DNA from: Azolla caroliniana
Lineage: Eukaryota > Plantae > Polypodiophyta
Length of the DNA stretch: 64,000 nucleotides
Direction: 5' to 3'
Assembly: GCA_043228905.1 (NCBI GenBank)
Contig: JBHGNT010000011.1
Location: 8,246,001 to 8,310,000 of the forward strand
Below the pieces are notes generated by a model. That model made no database searches and was not told the DNA's origin. It saw only the letters and a program-made list of their open reading frames with translations. The first letter of the stretch is position 1, and each line of letters opens with the position of its first letter. The position numbers were made by a program, and so were the translations under genes. This document shows positions 11,261 to 24,000 of the stretch, piece after piece.

Positions 11261-11419
11261 CTGAAAAACTTTATTTGTTACATGTTGGTGAACATTAGCA
11301 ACATTATTGTCAACATTTTGTAATGTATTCTCTCTGTGTTGTTTTAGCTCTAGAATGTATTTGTCTAATTTCTTTATATATAGAGTATCTAATAGTTTGG
11401 GGAGGGTGGGAGAGGAACC

Positions 11420-11615
11420 AAGTATGTCTTGGTATTTTGCCCTTATCTTGGCGTAGGTTGGACACTTGCATGTAAAGTGATACTCATCCTCTATCTCTAT
11501 GTGGCATAACCTACAATCCTTTCCTCCCTCGGGACTCCATTAGTACGACCATTCTCAATCTCAAGTTGGTGAGATGATATTCTTAGTTGTCTAATGGCAA
11601 CCCTTAGTGCATGTG
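11420..11615 (-). mobile_element. LINE 3' remnant
   Basis: IRQLRISSHQLEIENGR…REERI, then frameshifted CHIEIEDEYHFTCKCPTY: the same C-terminal zinc-knuckle type as the LINE at 36.9-38.3 kb. Confidence 0.75.
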
Positions 11616-11759
11616 GTAGAAAAACAAAAAGGGGGGAAAGCAAAACACAAAAAGGGGGTAAAAAATGGGAAAGAGTAAGACTAAAGAAGAATACATAGAA
11701 AACTTTTATTTTACCTTTGTTTTTTACATAAAGTATATAAATAGCCGGTTCAAAACATA

Positions 11760-12522
11760 TGAACTGGCTAGATTCCAATTCTTAAGAAAACTTGGGCGGA
11801 ATCAATTCCAACTGTCCCCCACCTTGGCCGACAAAAGTCCCGACCCAACCGGAACGATGACATTGTTCTTAGAACTTTGCCCAACACTGCTCAGTAGTAT
11901 TGTTCACCTAACAAAACAAGAAAAACAAGAATGAAAACAAAGACACATAGTTTTACGTGGAAAACCCTAAATGTGAAAAACCATGAGAGCTCCTCTAACT
12001 CCAAATATCACTATCTCAGGGAGTGTAGAAACAGATATCAAACTCCTTAGATCACTAGTGTAACACAAAGACATTCAAGGCCACAACCTTCACAAAATAA
12101 CTCTTCATCTCACAGTGTAGACAGAAAAACAGAAAACAGTAAAGATACAAAACAATAAAACGTGTCTTAGTTGCTCAACCAAAGTAGTCGTCAATCTAGA
12201 CAGATCCGACTCAGGTGCCACAACACCTACTAGGTCTTCAAACGCTTTGTCCTCTACTATGTTCGCTCTCTGGGTGTCTTCTTTTCTGTTAGAGGCTATG
12301 GAGTTGTCTTGCCCTAGTCCATATATATATATATATACACACACACATACATATTATTTACATTTTAGGCCTCGACCGATTTCAACGCTCTTAACTGTAA
12401 GCTGAAATGCCCATCAGCCAATATCTGGCTATTGAGTCTCAGTTGGCTTTTGGCACTTAGCGGGCTCCCAACCAGCTTTCAACCTTTTGGGCCCTAGCCG
12501 GCTTTCGGCCCTTCTCCCAACA
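11760..12522 (-). mobile_element. Probable copia-type solo LTR
   Basis: The minus strand starts TGTTGGGAGAAGG at 12522 and contains the ggtttttc…gggttttccacgtaaa motif shared with the other copia LTRs. The left boundary (TG at 11760, CATA on both flanks) is uncertain. Confidence 0.55.
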
Positions 12523-12928
12523 CATAACAGAATATTTCAACCGAATGAGAATTCTATTAGATTAGACATATATCAGCAGCATATTCTGAATGTTATGACT
12601 GTTTTGCTTCCATTAATTTTTATTAACGTTTACTTTTATATATATATGCGTGCGTATATGTTATGTAAAATAAGCTCCTCACTTGACAAGTTTATCATGA
12701 CTATGACAGTAGCTCCTCAATGCTTGTTAATATGTTATGGATAGAAGAACGAAATTGTGGCGCCTAATCAATGAAACTGCCTTTTTAAAAATTAGGTCGC
12801 CACACAATAATAATAATAATAATAATAAGTAGCGGACGTTATCTGAATGCTAGGGTAGGGTTTGTCATTCTTTCTTGTCTTCTGTTAGTTCCCAGCTTGT
12901 ACGGTAGTAGTTATGCGGGATGTGCACA

Positions 12929-12936
<8 letters not shown>

Positions 12937-12967
<31 letters not shown>
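12937..12967. repeat. (TA)n microsatellite
   Basis: Directly visible. Confidence 0.95.
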
Positions 12968-12970
<3 letters not shown>

Positions 12971-13708
12971 TCCACTGATTAAAATAATAAGCTGGCCACT
13001 CATTAAGTGATGCACGATTGCAGCTGTTTAAACTTTAAATCATTCATTAAAGTTAATGGCCGAAAATATGAATTTAAGTTAGTACGGCCGGCCATATTCT
13101 TTAATTTACAGTATGGTATCGATTGATATTGGCACTGACTGTGCTGTAACTTACTTAACTAGCACTTTGTTAATTAATTAAGTCATTGACTGTTCGTTCA
13201 CATTTGAGGATTAATTAAGCAAAACCCAACACCATGGTGATGAAATGTAGATTGAGTTGGTGAATGAGTGAGTTAATAATAATATGTTGCTGCTTTCTCA
13301 TGGATGGGTAGAGAAGATTGAAGATTGCTACGACTTCATGCATTGCATGGATCGTTCCCTCACAGCTTTAGGCCGCCTGACCTTCCTTACTCTCAAGCTT
13401 TGCTTGATGAGTTAGGCCATAAACGTTACATTCTTTTTTACTCGGCCAGGTCCTCCTCACTGTAACACAAATTTGGTGGAAGGGACAGGAGGACGTATAT
13501 CAATTCAGAAGAAGGTGGTATTCATGAATGAGTATGTATGTATGAGAGAGTATGCATTTATTTATTTATTTATTTATTGATAGATTGCATGCAGATGGTG
13601 AATAGTTTATTCATCAAGTAGGTAAGTGGGTAGGTAGGTAGGTGGACGGGTGTTTTTCTTTTCTGAAATTATCGCAATTACTACTACTAACGTTGAGTTG
13701 GGTCTGTG

Positions 13709-13711
<3 letters not shown>

Positions 13712-13744
<33 letters not shown>
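13712..13744. repeat. (GT)n microsatellite
   Basis: Directly visible. Confidence 0.95.
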
Positions 13745-13745
<1 letters not shown>

Positions 13746-14296
13746 GTGTGTTTGGGCTTGGCAGCTGGCTGGATGGATGCCTGTTGTTATTTTTGTCTGC
13801 CAAGAGACTCTTCAAGCGTCTTAACCGCCCCTCCTCCTTTTTCACTTCACTAACTTCCAAAGTTTTTAAAAACATTAAAGGGAAAGCCAAGCCAAGCCAA
13901 GCCAAGCCTCCATCATCAATGCTTCTTTTTTTTTCCCATCCACGTACACACACACACACACAAAGACAGAGACAGAGACAGAGAGAAACGTACGTAAGTT
14001 CCCTTTTCTGGTTGTTGGACGGAGGAGGAGCTGCTGCTCCTGCTGCTATTACAAAGAACTTCAGAAGTCTAAACACACACACCATTACCTCCTCCTCCTG
14101 TTTGCTGAGCTGAGCTGAGCATCGCCATCAAATAAATTACGTTTCGTTTTACGGTAATCTGTTGAGGAAATATGTTGAGAATGTTTCAAAATTGAACCAG
14201 TTAATTCATTTGTAAGATGAATTCCGTATGTGCTCTCAGAAGGATAACGACAGCACAGCTGATATTCAATAGAACCCACACAAAACGGCTCCTCTT

Positions 14297-14407
14297 GTAC
14301 ACATTTATCTCGGGCCTGTACGCTTCACTCATTCATGCCCTTCTTTTATTTACAACTTGAATACCCAAATGGTACAAGATTCCTCCCATGCAGATGGCGG
14401 TACGTAC
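14297..14407. promoter_or_regulatory. Cluster of five GTAC cores (SBP/SPL-type sites) upstream of a putative minus-strand transcript
   Basis: GTAC at 14297, 14318, 14372, 14400 and 14404. Confidence 0.35.
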
Positions 14408-15887
14408 ACCCACAAGTAAAGCGTGGTGATTTTAAATCAATGTGGGCTTTATATCTTACCTACATACACATTTCCATATGTGTTAGAACTTAGTCCGTCC
14501 TCACCTCGAAAAGAGGAGTAAAGTTAGAAAAACATACATAATGTATGTCAAGACAAGTTCTCTTCTTACGCATTCAACATGATTCAACATAATCTCCAAT
14601 CTCTAGTGTCGTTATACTCTACCAAGATCGTCTAAATGAAGTGATATAACGCCAATATTGGATAGTGTACATACAATCAATGGGCCCACTATGGTTTTTG
14701 ATCCTTCATCACTATAGTTTTGCTCATAAATGAATTGATATAACTTCAAGTAATAGTACAAGCTTAAAAAATGACTTAGTGGTGAATCTCTACCCATCTT
14801 TGTTAAATTTCCAAATTTAACATTCGTTATGTATGTACTGGTGAGGCCAAGTGTAAAGATGTCGAACGTACACCTACTAGTGACTAGAGCATTTAAGCAT
14901 ATTATTTACACATTGCTAAGAAATGCGGATAAAATTTGTGTTAACATTGTTAGAATAGAATACATAATAAAATCACAACAGATAAGGGTCATTTAATCAT
15001 TGATGTATTAAATGAGATATTTGAATGTACAAATGACACATGCATAGACATATCTTGTTTTCTTAAACATCAATTAATTGTAATTAGAAAGTCACATTGG
15101 GTTGGATAATTTGTTTCTCTTTGCAGTTTACTACACAAAAGGAAAGTTCATATTCACATCCCAACCATGATGTTATATCCTAGGGAATGTCTACAACTTG
15201 CTTTGTTCACTCTATGAGATCACTCAATGGTTCATCATCGACAACAATCATGTCAATGTTGATCACATTGGGAACCGGCCTACATACCTATTTTACATGC
15301 AAAGTTGTTCACTAGCAATTGATTCCCTAGTGTCAAAGTTTCTCCGACGATGTAGTGCCATGTTAGTTTTTGTATTCTAATGACTCATTCATAATTAAAA
15401 ACAAAGAGTAGTACCCTTGCCATGTCTTGATTCCCCAACAAATTGATCATGAAGATGTACAATAATATAAACTAGTTGTAGTGATCAACTATGGTTTGGT
15501 TTAGTTTGGGAGTCTCAAACTCAAACAATTTCTAACTAAATTGTTCACACGAAAATGCAGGTGTGCATTTTAGATGTAAGCGAGACGAATGGGTTCTTGA
15601 ACAAGAGAGAATTGGTTGTCTCAAGTGTTGCATTCATGTATTTGAAATACTTGCAAGATGTAAGCTTTAATGCTCAATTTCATTCTTGAAAACATTTCAT
15701 TTTAACTTCCTAGACTACATGTGTGATAAACCTAAAATATGGGGTTCTCAAAAGGAACCCAAAACACTGTGGGGAGAAAATATATCAAGACAAAAACTTT
15801 GATTAATTATGATTAACACTTAATTATACCTATAAGAAGGTTTTTTTCAAGCTCCTTGTAGCCAACTAAGATTAAAGAGAGAGCAAG

Positions 15888-16179
15888 TGTTGAGAATCAA
15901 ACTCAACTTCCCTTGTGTGGGAACACACTCTAGGAATAGCCGCCAAGTGTGTGAACAACTTTGTATCATAACTCATGTGTCATAGAACTTCACTTTTATA
16001 ACACATACTTAATAGGTAGGGTAGTTAAGTCTCCAAGAGGTAGTAAGATAGTGTAAAGAGAAGGTGAATATATAAGCACCTTCTCCTTTCCTTTGTAATG
16101 TTGTTGGTTGTTGTTATTCTTGAATACATAGTTTTCTTAGTTTCTATCTATCTTGTGTGTGTGTGTGTGTGTGTGTGTG

Positions 16180-16223
<44 letters not shown>

Positions 16224-17110
16224 ATACATACATACATTTATTCCATTGCACAGAATCATACACTCGATTCTTTTCATGGTATATGAGCAATTTGGTAGCT
16301 CGATCTAAGCTCATCAGCATGTTCTGTGCCTGTGTTGACGTTTAAGAAGAACCAGCCAATCGCTATCGTAGCAATGCTACATAGTTCGTATCACAAAGAA
16401 GAAAACGAAGAAACCCGTAGAAAAATAGGTGACCATCATGAACACTCAGATGGGAAGCTCTCTCCCTAGTGAGAAACAATTTTGCATCTTGGGAATACAA
16501 GATGCACCAATACCTTGTCGGCCAAGGCTATTGAAGTTATATCGAAGAAGCACAAGAAAAAACTCAACCCAACACACGTCGATTACCCAACATGGGAGCA
16601 AGCAGCAAACCATGTGTTGTATTGCTTCGCATCATGCATTCACGATCACATGCTCGACTATATCCGAGAGGCCAAGAAGCTGAAGGAAGCTCGGGGGAAC
16701 CTTAAGAAGATCTTCATGGCCAACACAACTGCACGTAAACTTCAACTCCGCCAAGAGTTAAATAGCATCCAACAAAGGGATAAGTCGATTGCAAGCTACA
16801 CCTTGAAGATCAAGGAGTTGTGTGATTCCCTTGGCTCGATCCATGTTAATATTGACAACGATAAAATGGTGCAAATATGTCTCAACAACCTAGTACCTCG
16901 GTTTGGCACAATAAGGTCGGTCGTCCTCGCAAGGGAGATTCTTCCCTCCTTCTTCGATCTCCAATTGATGCTATTGGTCGAAGAAAATCGTGTTCGAATG
17001 AGGAGAGATGTATCGGAAGGACACATGCTCTATTCAAATTCAGATGGAGGAAGGGGACGCGACCATGGAAGAAGAGGTCGATTCGGCCAAGGTGGAAACA
17101 ACCAAGGATA
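15888..17110 (+). mobile_element. 5' fragment of a Ty1/copia element (LTR 15888-16276, PBS, gag)
   Basis: TGTTGAG…TTCA, PBS TGGTATATGAGC at 16277 (tRNA-iMet-like), frameshifted gag MGSSLPSEK…TTARKLQLRQELN; compound (GT)(CT)(CA) microsatellite in the LTR. Confidence 0.8.
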
Positions 17111-17306
17111 GCCCCACGAATAGAACTTCTACTATTGACAAGATGTTGCAAACATGTGAGGGATGTTTTGTAGACGGGGAAGCCATCATGCCAGACCAAG
17201 CCAATAGAACTATTCATTGGTCGAAGAAAGAGTATGATCCAGAGGCGGAGGTGTGAACCGGAGGCCGGAATATAATAGATTATTATAGAGAAAATGTATT
17301 AACAAG

Positions 17307-18270
17307 TGTTAGGAATATGTCCCTCCAATGGGAGGAGCCGACAGTCGAAGACAAGGAGTAGTTGACGGTCGAAGACAAGGCCGAATAGATAGTCAACATA
17401 GGAGTCAGATGGTCAAATCAACTAGTCGACCAATCGGCTCATTGACTGCTATTGTTACTAGGATAATAATAGTAATAGTAAGGGGGATTACTTTTGTAAA
17501 TAACCCATATGGTGTTGAGGTATAAATACCTCTAGGAAAAAACTTTTAGATGTGTAGAACAATGTAGTTGTAGAGAAGTGTGCAATAAAGAGAAGAGAGA
17601 GAGCGTGTGAGCGGCGCCATAGCTAAAATAGACTACACGCCAAGAGCCTTGTGTGGCTGATACACTCTGATCACATAATGTGTTGTATTTTGCTCTGACT
17701 TGTACATTTTGGTATAGTGAAACATCTGTTGCCCATGGTTTTTCCCTTCTAGGGTTTTCCACGTAAACCTGTGTATAGTGCATACTTTGTTCATTTTGTT
17801 GTTTCTTTGTTTCCGTGCGTTGTGTCTTTCAACATATCTTTCGTAGTTTGAAGATCTGAATTCCATCAATCTGGTATCAAAGCTCCGAGGTGAAAGATGG
17901 AAGGAGGTGTGAGTGGTTTCCCAAGAATGATGTTCCTGAACTCGCACAACTATGCAGACTGGAAGATCAAGATGGAAGATCTTCTCATTGTCAAATATCT
18001 TTACAAGCCCATCGATAGAGAACAAATACCCACTGGGTTGTTAGAGTTTGACTGGAAACTCTTGAACAGGAAGGTTGTGGCCACAATCAGGCAATGTGTA
18101 GATGTTAGTGTCTTTCAGCATGTGGTGAACAACACAAATGCCTACGAGATGTGGGAAAAGTTGTTAGGCCTCTACAAGAGAAAGAATTCCCTGAACAAGA
18201 CATCTTTGATGAGGAAGATCATATGACTGAAGTAGAAGGAAGAAGAAAGTATTGTGGAAAACATAAGCAC
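17307..18270 (+). mobile_element. 5' fragment of a second copia element (LTR 17307-17868, PBS 17872, gag start)
   Basis: TGTTAGG…CATCA, TGGTATCAAAGC, gag LNSHNYADWKIKMEDLL…AYEMWEKL. Confidence 0.8.
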
Positions 18271-19029
18271 CATGTTGGGTAGTCGGTGTTCTTTGGGTTG
18301 GGTCGATTTTCTTGAGCGCCGTTGATGTAGCTCCAATGCCCTTGGCCGACAAGGTATTGGTTCATCTTGTACTCCCAAGATGAATAATTGCTCCGGTCTA
18401 GCTTTTCACTAGGGAGCGAGCTACCCATTTGTGTGTTAGTTTTGTTGTAATGTCATCCCTTTTGTCTTTTATTCCTTTGGTCACGTACACGTGCTACGTA
18501 GCGGCATTATGGTAGCCGATAACTGGATTTTGTCATCGGCGTCTCGAACACACCAATCACGGAGTCAAGTGGGCTTAGTGGATTTTCTAAACCACACACT
18601 CTAATACCATGTTAAGAATTTTAGGTAACTAATTAAGCAAGGGTTAATTAGTACCTAATTATGTGATTAAGTTAAGCTAAGAGAAATATTAAGTGATTTG
18701 TGTGTGTGTGTGTGTGAGAGGAAGAGAGAGAGAAGTACATTTATGAACAACAGAAGATGGGGGATGATTAACTCTATATTAAATTAGCATTATCATCATC
18801 AAATACAAAAATACCTACAATGAGGTATATATAGATCTCATGTGCAAGGGTGCACATGTGTGAGGAGAATATAGGTACAAAGGTGTAACTCATATATTAA
18901 ATGTACTTGGGAGTGGAGGACCTAGAATATCCCACTTAAGTACTAGGACTTAAGGCGTTATAGTCAACACTTCTAATTAGATTCTATCTGACTAACTGAC
19001 TAAACTAAGTTGAGCTTGATCTCTCAACA
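18270..19029 (-). mobile_element. 5' fragment of a copia element on the minus strand (LTR 18610-19029, PBS, gag start)
   Basis: Minus strand TGTTGAGAG…TTAACA, then TGGTATTAGAG; gag MGSSLPSEKLDRSNYSSWEYKMNQYL. Confidence 0.8.
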
Positions 19030-19130
19030 ATTCATAACTAGATTCGTCTCAAATTCCTTCTCCTCCTAGTCCAAAACCTCGGTGGTTTCCACCCAACTCA
19101 TCCAACGATCCAGCGCCGAAAGGCATGACA
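19030..19130 (+). mobile_element. 3'-terminal (U5) fragment of a tRNA-Trp-family LTR
   Basis: cctagtccaaaacctcgg…gccgaaaggcatgaca matches the LTR ends at 45596 and 59059; followed by ACGC of a host RT gene. Confidence 0.8.
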
Positions 19131-21049
19131 ACGCGTTCCTATAAGACGACCTTGAGGAACAAGTATATATGGTTCAACCTCCCGCATTTCAATTGTAGAT
19201 GAACAAGTCAGTGGTTTGCCAGCTAAGGAAGTCCCTTTACAGACTAAAGCAAGTCCCCTATGCTTGGAATGTCAAGATTATGTAACACCTACGTGAGATA
19301 GGATTTCATTCATCAAACTCTAACTCTTCATTGTTCATCCGAAAAGGTAGGCATGGGCCGGTATGCATTCTGTTATATGTAGATGACTTGGTCCTCACCG
19401 ACACCGACCTTGATGAAATCGGTTACATCAAATCTCAATTGTCTTTGAGGTGAACGACATGGGCGACCTTCACTAATTCCTTAGGATCGAAGTGATCCGA
19501 ACCCCGGACGACATATTGATGAATCAGAGACACTATGTCTTGAATATGTTGTACATATTTGTGTTGGGAAATCGGTCCCTCCGGATGGGATCCGGTTATG
19601 AATGAAGAGGACCCGGTGAGAACAAGAAGAGATCCAGAAACCGGATCGGGTGGACCCGGTGAGAACCGGAAGAAATCCGGAAACCGGATCGCATGGACCC
19701 GGTGAGAATCGGAAGAGAAGACATATTTGTAAATATGTTTTGAGTAAGCCTATTGAGGCTATATTTGTAAATAGCCCTAAGTTCATATAACTATGAATAT
19801 GACTTAGGACAATCACTTGGTATGTTGTTGTCTTACTGTTGTAACTTTTGTATAGAGAGCTACAAAGAGAGAGAGATACAGAGCGATACTCTGTTGTAAC
19901 CGCCGCTTGGTGAAAAAACAGAGCTTGAGGTCATTGCCTCTGAGTCTCTAATTGTACCCTTTTTCTTCATAGTGATAGTTGGAGTCTGTGGGCTCCCGTG
20001 GTTTTTCCCATTCAGGGTTTTCCACGTAAACATCCTGTGTAATCTCAATTTCCCATTTCTGTGTCTTTCCTTCTCATTGAAGTGATTCAAGACTCAGTTG
20101 TGGCCGAGTAGTATTCCACGCTATTTCCTTTTAATCTGATATCAGAGCGAACAACATAGGAAATGGAAGAATCGTTCGATGGCATATTCAAGCTCACTGG
20201 TTCCAACTACTTAGTGTGGAAGTCGAAGATGAGGGATATGCTGGTGGTTAAAGATCTTTGGTTGCCGGTCCAGTTCAGGGACAAGAGATCGAATAAGATC
20301 GACGCCATAGTGTGGGAGGTGATGCACATGAAGACGACGGCATACATCCAGTGCTTCAACGACATGAGCCTGTACAACAACTTCAATGAAGAGAGCAAGG
20401 CTCATGAACTCTAGGAGAAGATCGGCATCATGTTCCAGAACAACAATGTTGTTAATCTGGTTTCAGTATTGTGGAAGCTATCGAGGCTCCGGTACGAGGA
20501 CAACTCCATTATGGCGGAGCACATGAATGCCTTCCAGGGACTTATCCACAAGGCAACCTCGTTGGAAGTACCTCTTGCCGATGAGGTACTCGCATTACTC
20601 CTACTCGGTTCCCTCTCGGATAACTGGGAGACATTAGTTGTCATGTTGGGCAACACTGGGTAAAATCAAGCTTGCTAGATGAAGAAGCTCGTCGGAAGGA
20701 CCGGGAGACCAGAACCGATCCGAAGGCCTTGGCAATGGAAGATGACCACAACCGGGAAAGAGGTCAATATCGGAGTCCCCAGAATCGGGACAAGTTGGGG
20801 ACGAGGTCGAAGTCAAGGGGGAGGCCTACTTGCTTGTATTGTGGGAAGCCGGGGCACTTCCAGAAAGAACTGTCGGCATTTCCGAAAAGAGAAAGGAACC
20901 AAAAGTACCAATTCGAAGAAGGGTTCGGACCGGACCGGTTCGAACTGGAAAGGGTCGGATCGGAAGGGAACATCGACGATCGCAACAAGTGAAGAAGAAA
21001 TGATGCTCATTACCGAGGAGAATGAGTTAAACCTTCTCGATGACGAGAC

Positions 21050-24000
21050 TGTTACACTTGCGTGTTCCTCTAGTAGCTTTGATGTGAACCATTTACCCTA
21101 TACATGGGCACTTTTTACTCTAGTGCTGGCTAGAGGTTTTTTCCCCATGTTACCACATACATGAGTCACTCATATGTGGTGGTACTTAGTACTTAGGGAT
21201 ATATATTTCAGCTCCTATTTTTTTTAGGAACATTCATCAATAGAGAGCTATTCCAGCCATTGCCTTCCTTGTGTGAGTGCTTCTTTCTTTGAGCTTCTTG
21301 TGTGTTTCCCACTCTTCCTCACATACCCAACAGTGGTATCAGAGCCAAGTTCTTCATCCTCTCCATCTTCGGTTGTCCGCATCGCGGTGTCGCGGCGCGC
21401 GCGCACTTTTCATTGTGCAAATCAACTTCCGAATATAGAGAAGTGTATTTCAGCACTTGTAGCGCATTTTCAGCAGGTACCTTGCTGTTTTACCCCCATT
21501 TCGAAGCCGTTCGTGTAGTCGAAATCGTCATCCGAGTGATAGTTTGTGAGCTGCATTTTCAGCACTCATTTCCGATTTGTTGAGGTAATATTTTACCACT
21601 TTCTTGTTCTTTGGTAAAATGGCAAACAATGGTGATTTGTTTGGCATGCTTCAAGCTGAAGATAAGCTTGATGGGACAAACTATCCAATGTGGTCCTACA
21701 TGATGAAACACGTTCTTGTTGCCAAACAACTATGGAACATAGTGGTAGATGTAGATCGACGCCCCGCCGGTCCTACTACTTCACAGTCTACTATCACAGA
21801 TACAGGTTCATCTTCGAGCACAGTGACTTCATCTACTCCACCAACACAAGAGCAACTTAGATGGGATGGAAAAGATGCTCAAGCTCATGCATTGATTGCA
21901 CTTTCTGTGAAGCGTCATATAGTTCCACATATTCGGTCATGCTCTACGTCCAAACAAGCATGGGACACTCTTGCTTCGTTGTATGCCGTGCGTAACGAAG
22001 CACGTGTTGCATATTTGAGAAAGCAACTTGAGGATGTATATATGGCTGAAAATGAGTCGGTAGATGTGTATGTGACACGCATTAAAGATTTGAAAGAGCA
22101 ATTGGCAAACATTGATGAGATCATTTCGAATACATCACTTGTCTCTACGTTGTTGAAAGGATTACCCGAATCTTTTCAAAGCTTTGCTACTACTATTCGT
22201 TTGGTTGCAAAAGGGAATACGGATATGTACGCATTTGATGAGGTTGTGTCTCTTCTTTTGCAAGAAGAACAATCTAGAGTGAATAGAAGTGGTTTGATAG
22301 AGGGAACACAAGCACTTGCTATCTCACAAAAAGGAAAAGGCAAGCATGGTTCAGCTTTTGGTTCTTCAAAACCAAAGCCTCAACCTCCCTCTTTCACTTA
22401 TTCCTCTAATGATGGTGATTTGCAAAAGAAGAAAAGATGCAAATATTGTCGAAAGGTTGGCCATACGATTGAAGAATGTAGAAAGCTTGTTAAGCGCAAT
22501 GAGAAGAAGAAGGAATCCGGCATGACCATTTCTGAAAATGTTTCAAGTGCAAAGAGTGATGAGGCCAACATGGCTCAAGATTATTGGGCATGTGTTGTCA
22601 CATATCATTATGATGCATCATTGCACTCTAAATGTATGGTTGTAAGTGAGATTGATTCGGATTGGTTCTTTGATAGTGGTGCTTCAAAGCACATTACTTC
22701 ATGCAAAAGTTTTTTTGCATCCTTGAAAGATGCACCCAAAGGTGGACATGTGGTGTGTGCAAACAATGCCTCTTATCCTATCATTGGAGTAGGAGAAATT
22801 GAGCTTTCGGCTGCAAATGGAGGTGTTGTCATCTTAAAGAATGTATTGTATGTGCCCGGTATCAAGAAGAACTTAATTTCGATTCCTTTGATTGCCAAAG
22901 CCGGACTTCATGTACATTTTGTTGATGATAAGTGCATGGTTCACGATTATAGCAATGGTGATGTTATCGTGATGTCCGGTACATTATGCAATGGCTTGTA
23001 CCGTTTAGATACATACAAGAGGGCTTCTCTAAATGCCTTGGCTGTACATACTTCTTCCATGGCTGAAATGGAGCTTTGGCATGCTCGTTTTGGTCACTTG
23101 AACTTCAATAGTTTGCTTCACTTGCAAAAGAAGGATATGGTTATTGGGTTGCCTACACTTGAGTCCATTGAAAAACATGCATGTGAAGGTTGCATTCTTG
23201 GAAAAATGCATCGTGCTTCTTTTCCAAAAGATAGTCATACACACACTACAAGAAAATTACAACTTGTTCATAGTGATGTGTGTGGTCCTGTAAAGACTCC
23301 ATCTTTTGGAAAGCATGTATATTTTGTTACCTTCATTGATGATGCTACTCGTCATACATGGGTGTATCCTATGAAAGCAAAGAATGAAGTCTTTTCTTGC
23401 TTCAAATCATTTTTAGCTATGGCTGAAAATTTTTCCGCAAATAAGCTCTTGACTCTACGCACGGATCGTGGTGGCGAATATATGTCACATGAGTTTAATG
23501 CTTTTCTTTGTGAAAGAGGTATTTTACATCAATGTACGGTGCCATATACACCTCAACAAAATGGTGTTGCAGAACGCAAAAATAGAACACTCTTAGAGAT
23601 GGCACGATGTATGGTTAAAGGAAAGCATCTTCCTAACAAGTTTTGGATGGAAGCGGTTATGTGTGCAAATTATGTGTTGAATCGTTGCCCTACAAAAGCG
23701 TTGAGAGTCATTACGCCATATGAGGCTTGGAATGGACATAAACCTATGGTTAGTCATATGCGTGTGTTCGGTTGTTTGGCATATGCTCTTGTGCCATCAC
23801 AACAACGTCACAAACTTGATGACAAGGCAAAGAAATGCATATTTGTTGGTTATAGTGCGGAAAGTAAGGGATATCGTTTGTATCATCCATTGACGGACAC
23901 AATTATTGTGAGTCGAGATCTGGTATTTGCTGAAAATTCAGCTTTCCCTTTTCTTGAATGCAAAAAACAACCAACAGTTAGCTCACAAGATGTGTTTGAT

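Noticed and set aside
13125-13135. miR171 locus or target (GATATTGGCAC)
   Set aside because: Only 11 nt match and no complementary hairpin arm is visible.
13642-14113. ORFs of 60-135 aa on both strands
   Set aside because: They are dominated by GT, CA and GA microsatellite translations with no recognisable domain.
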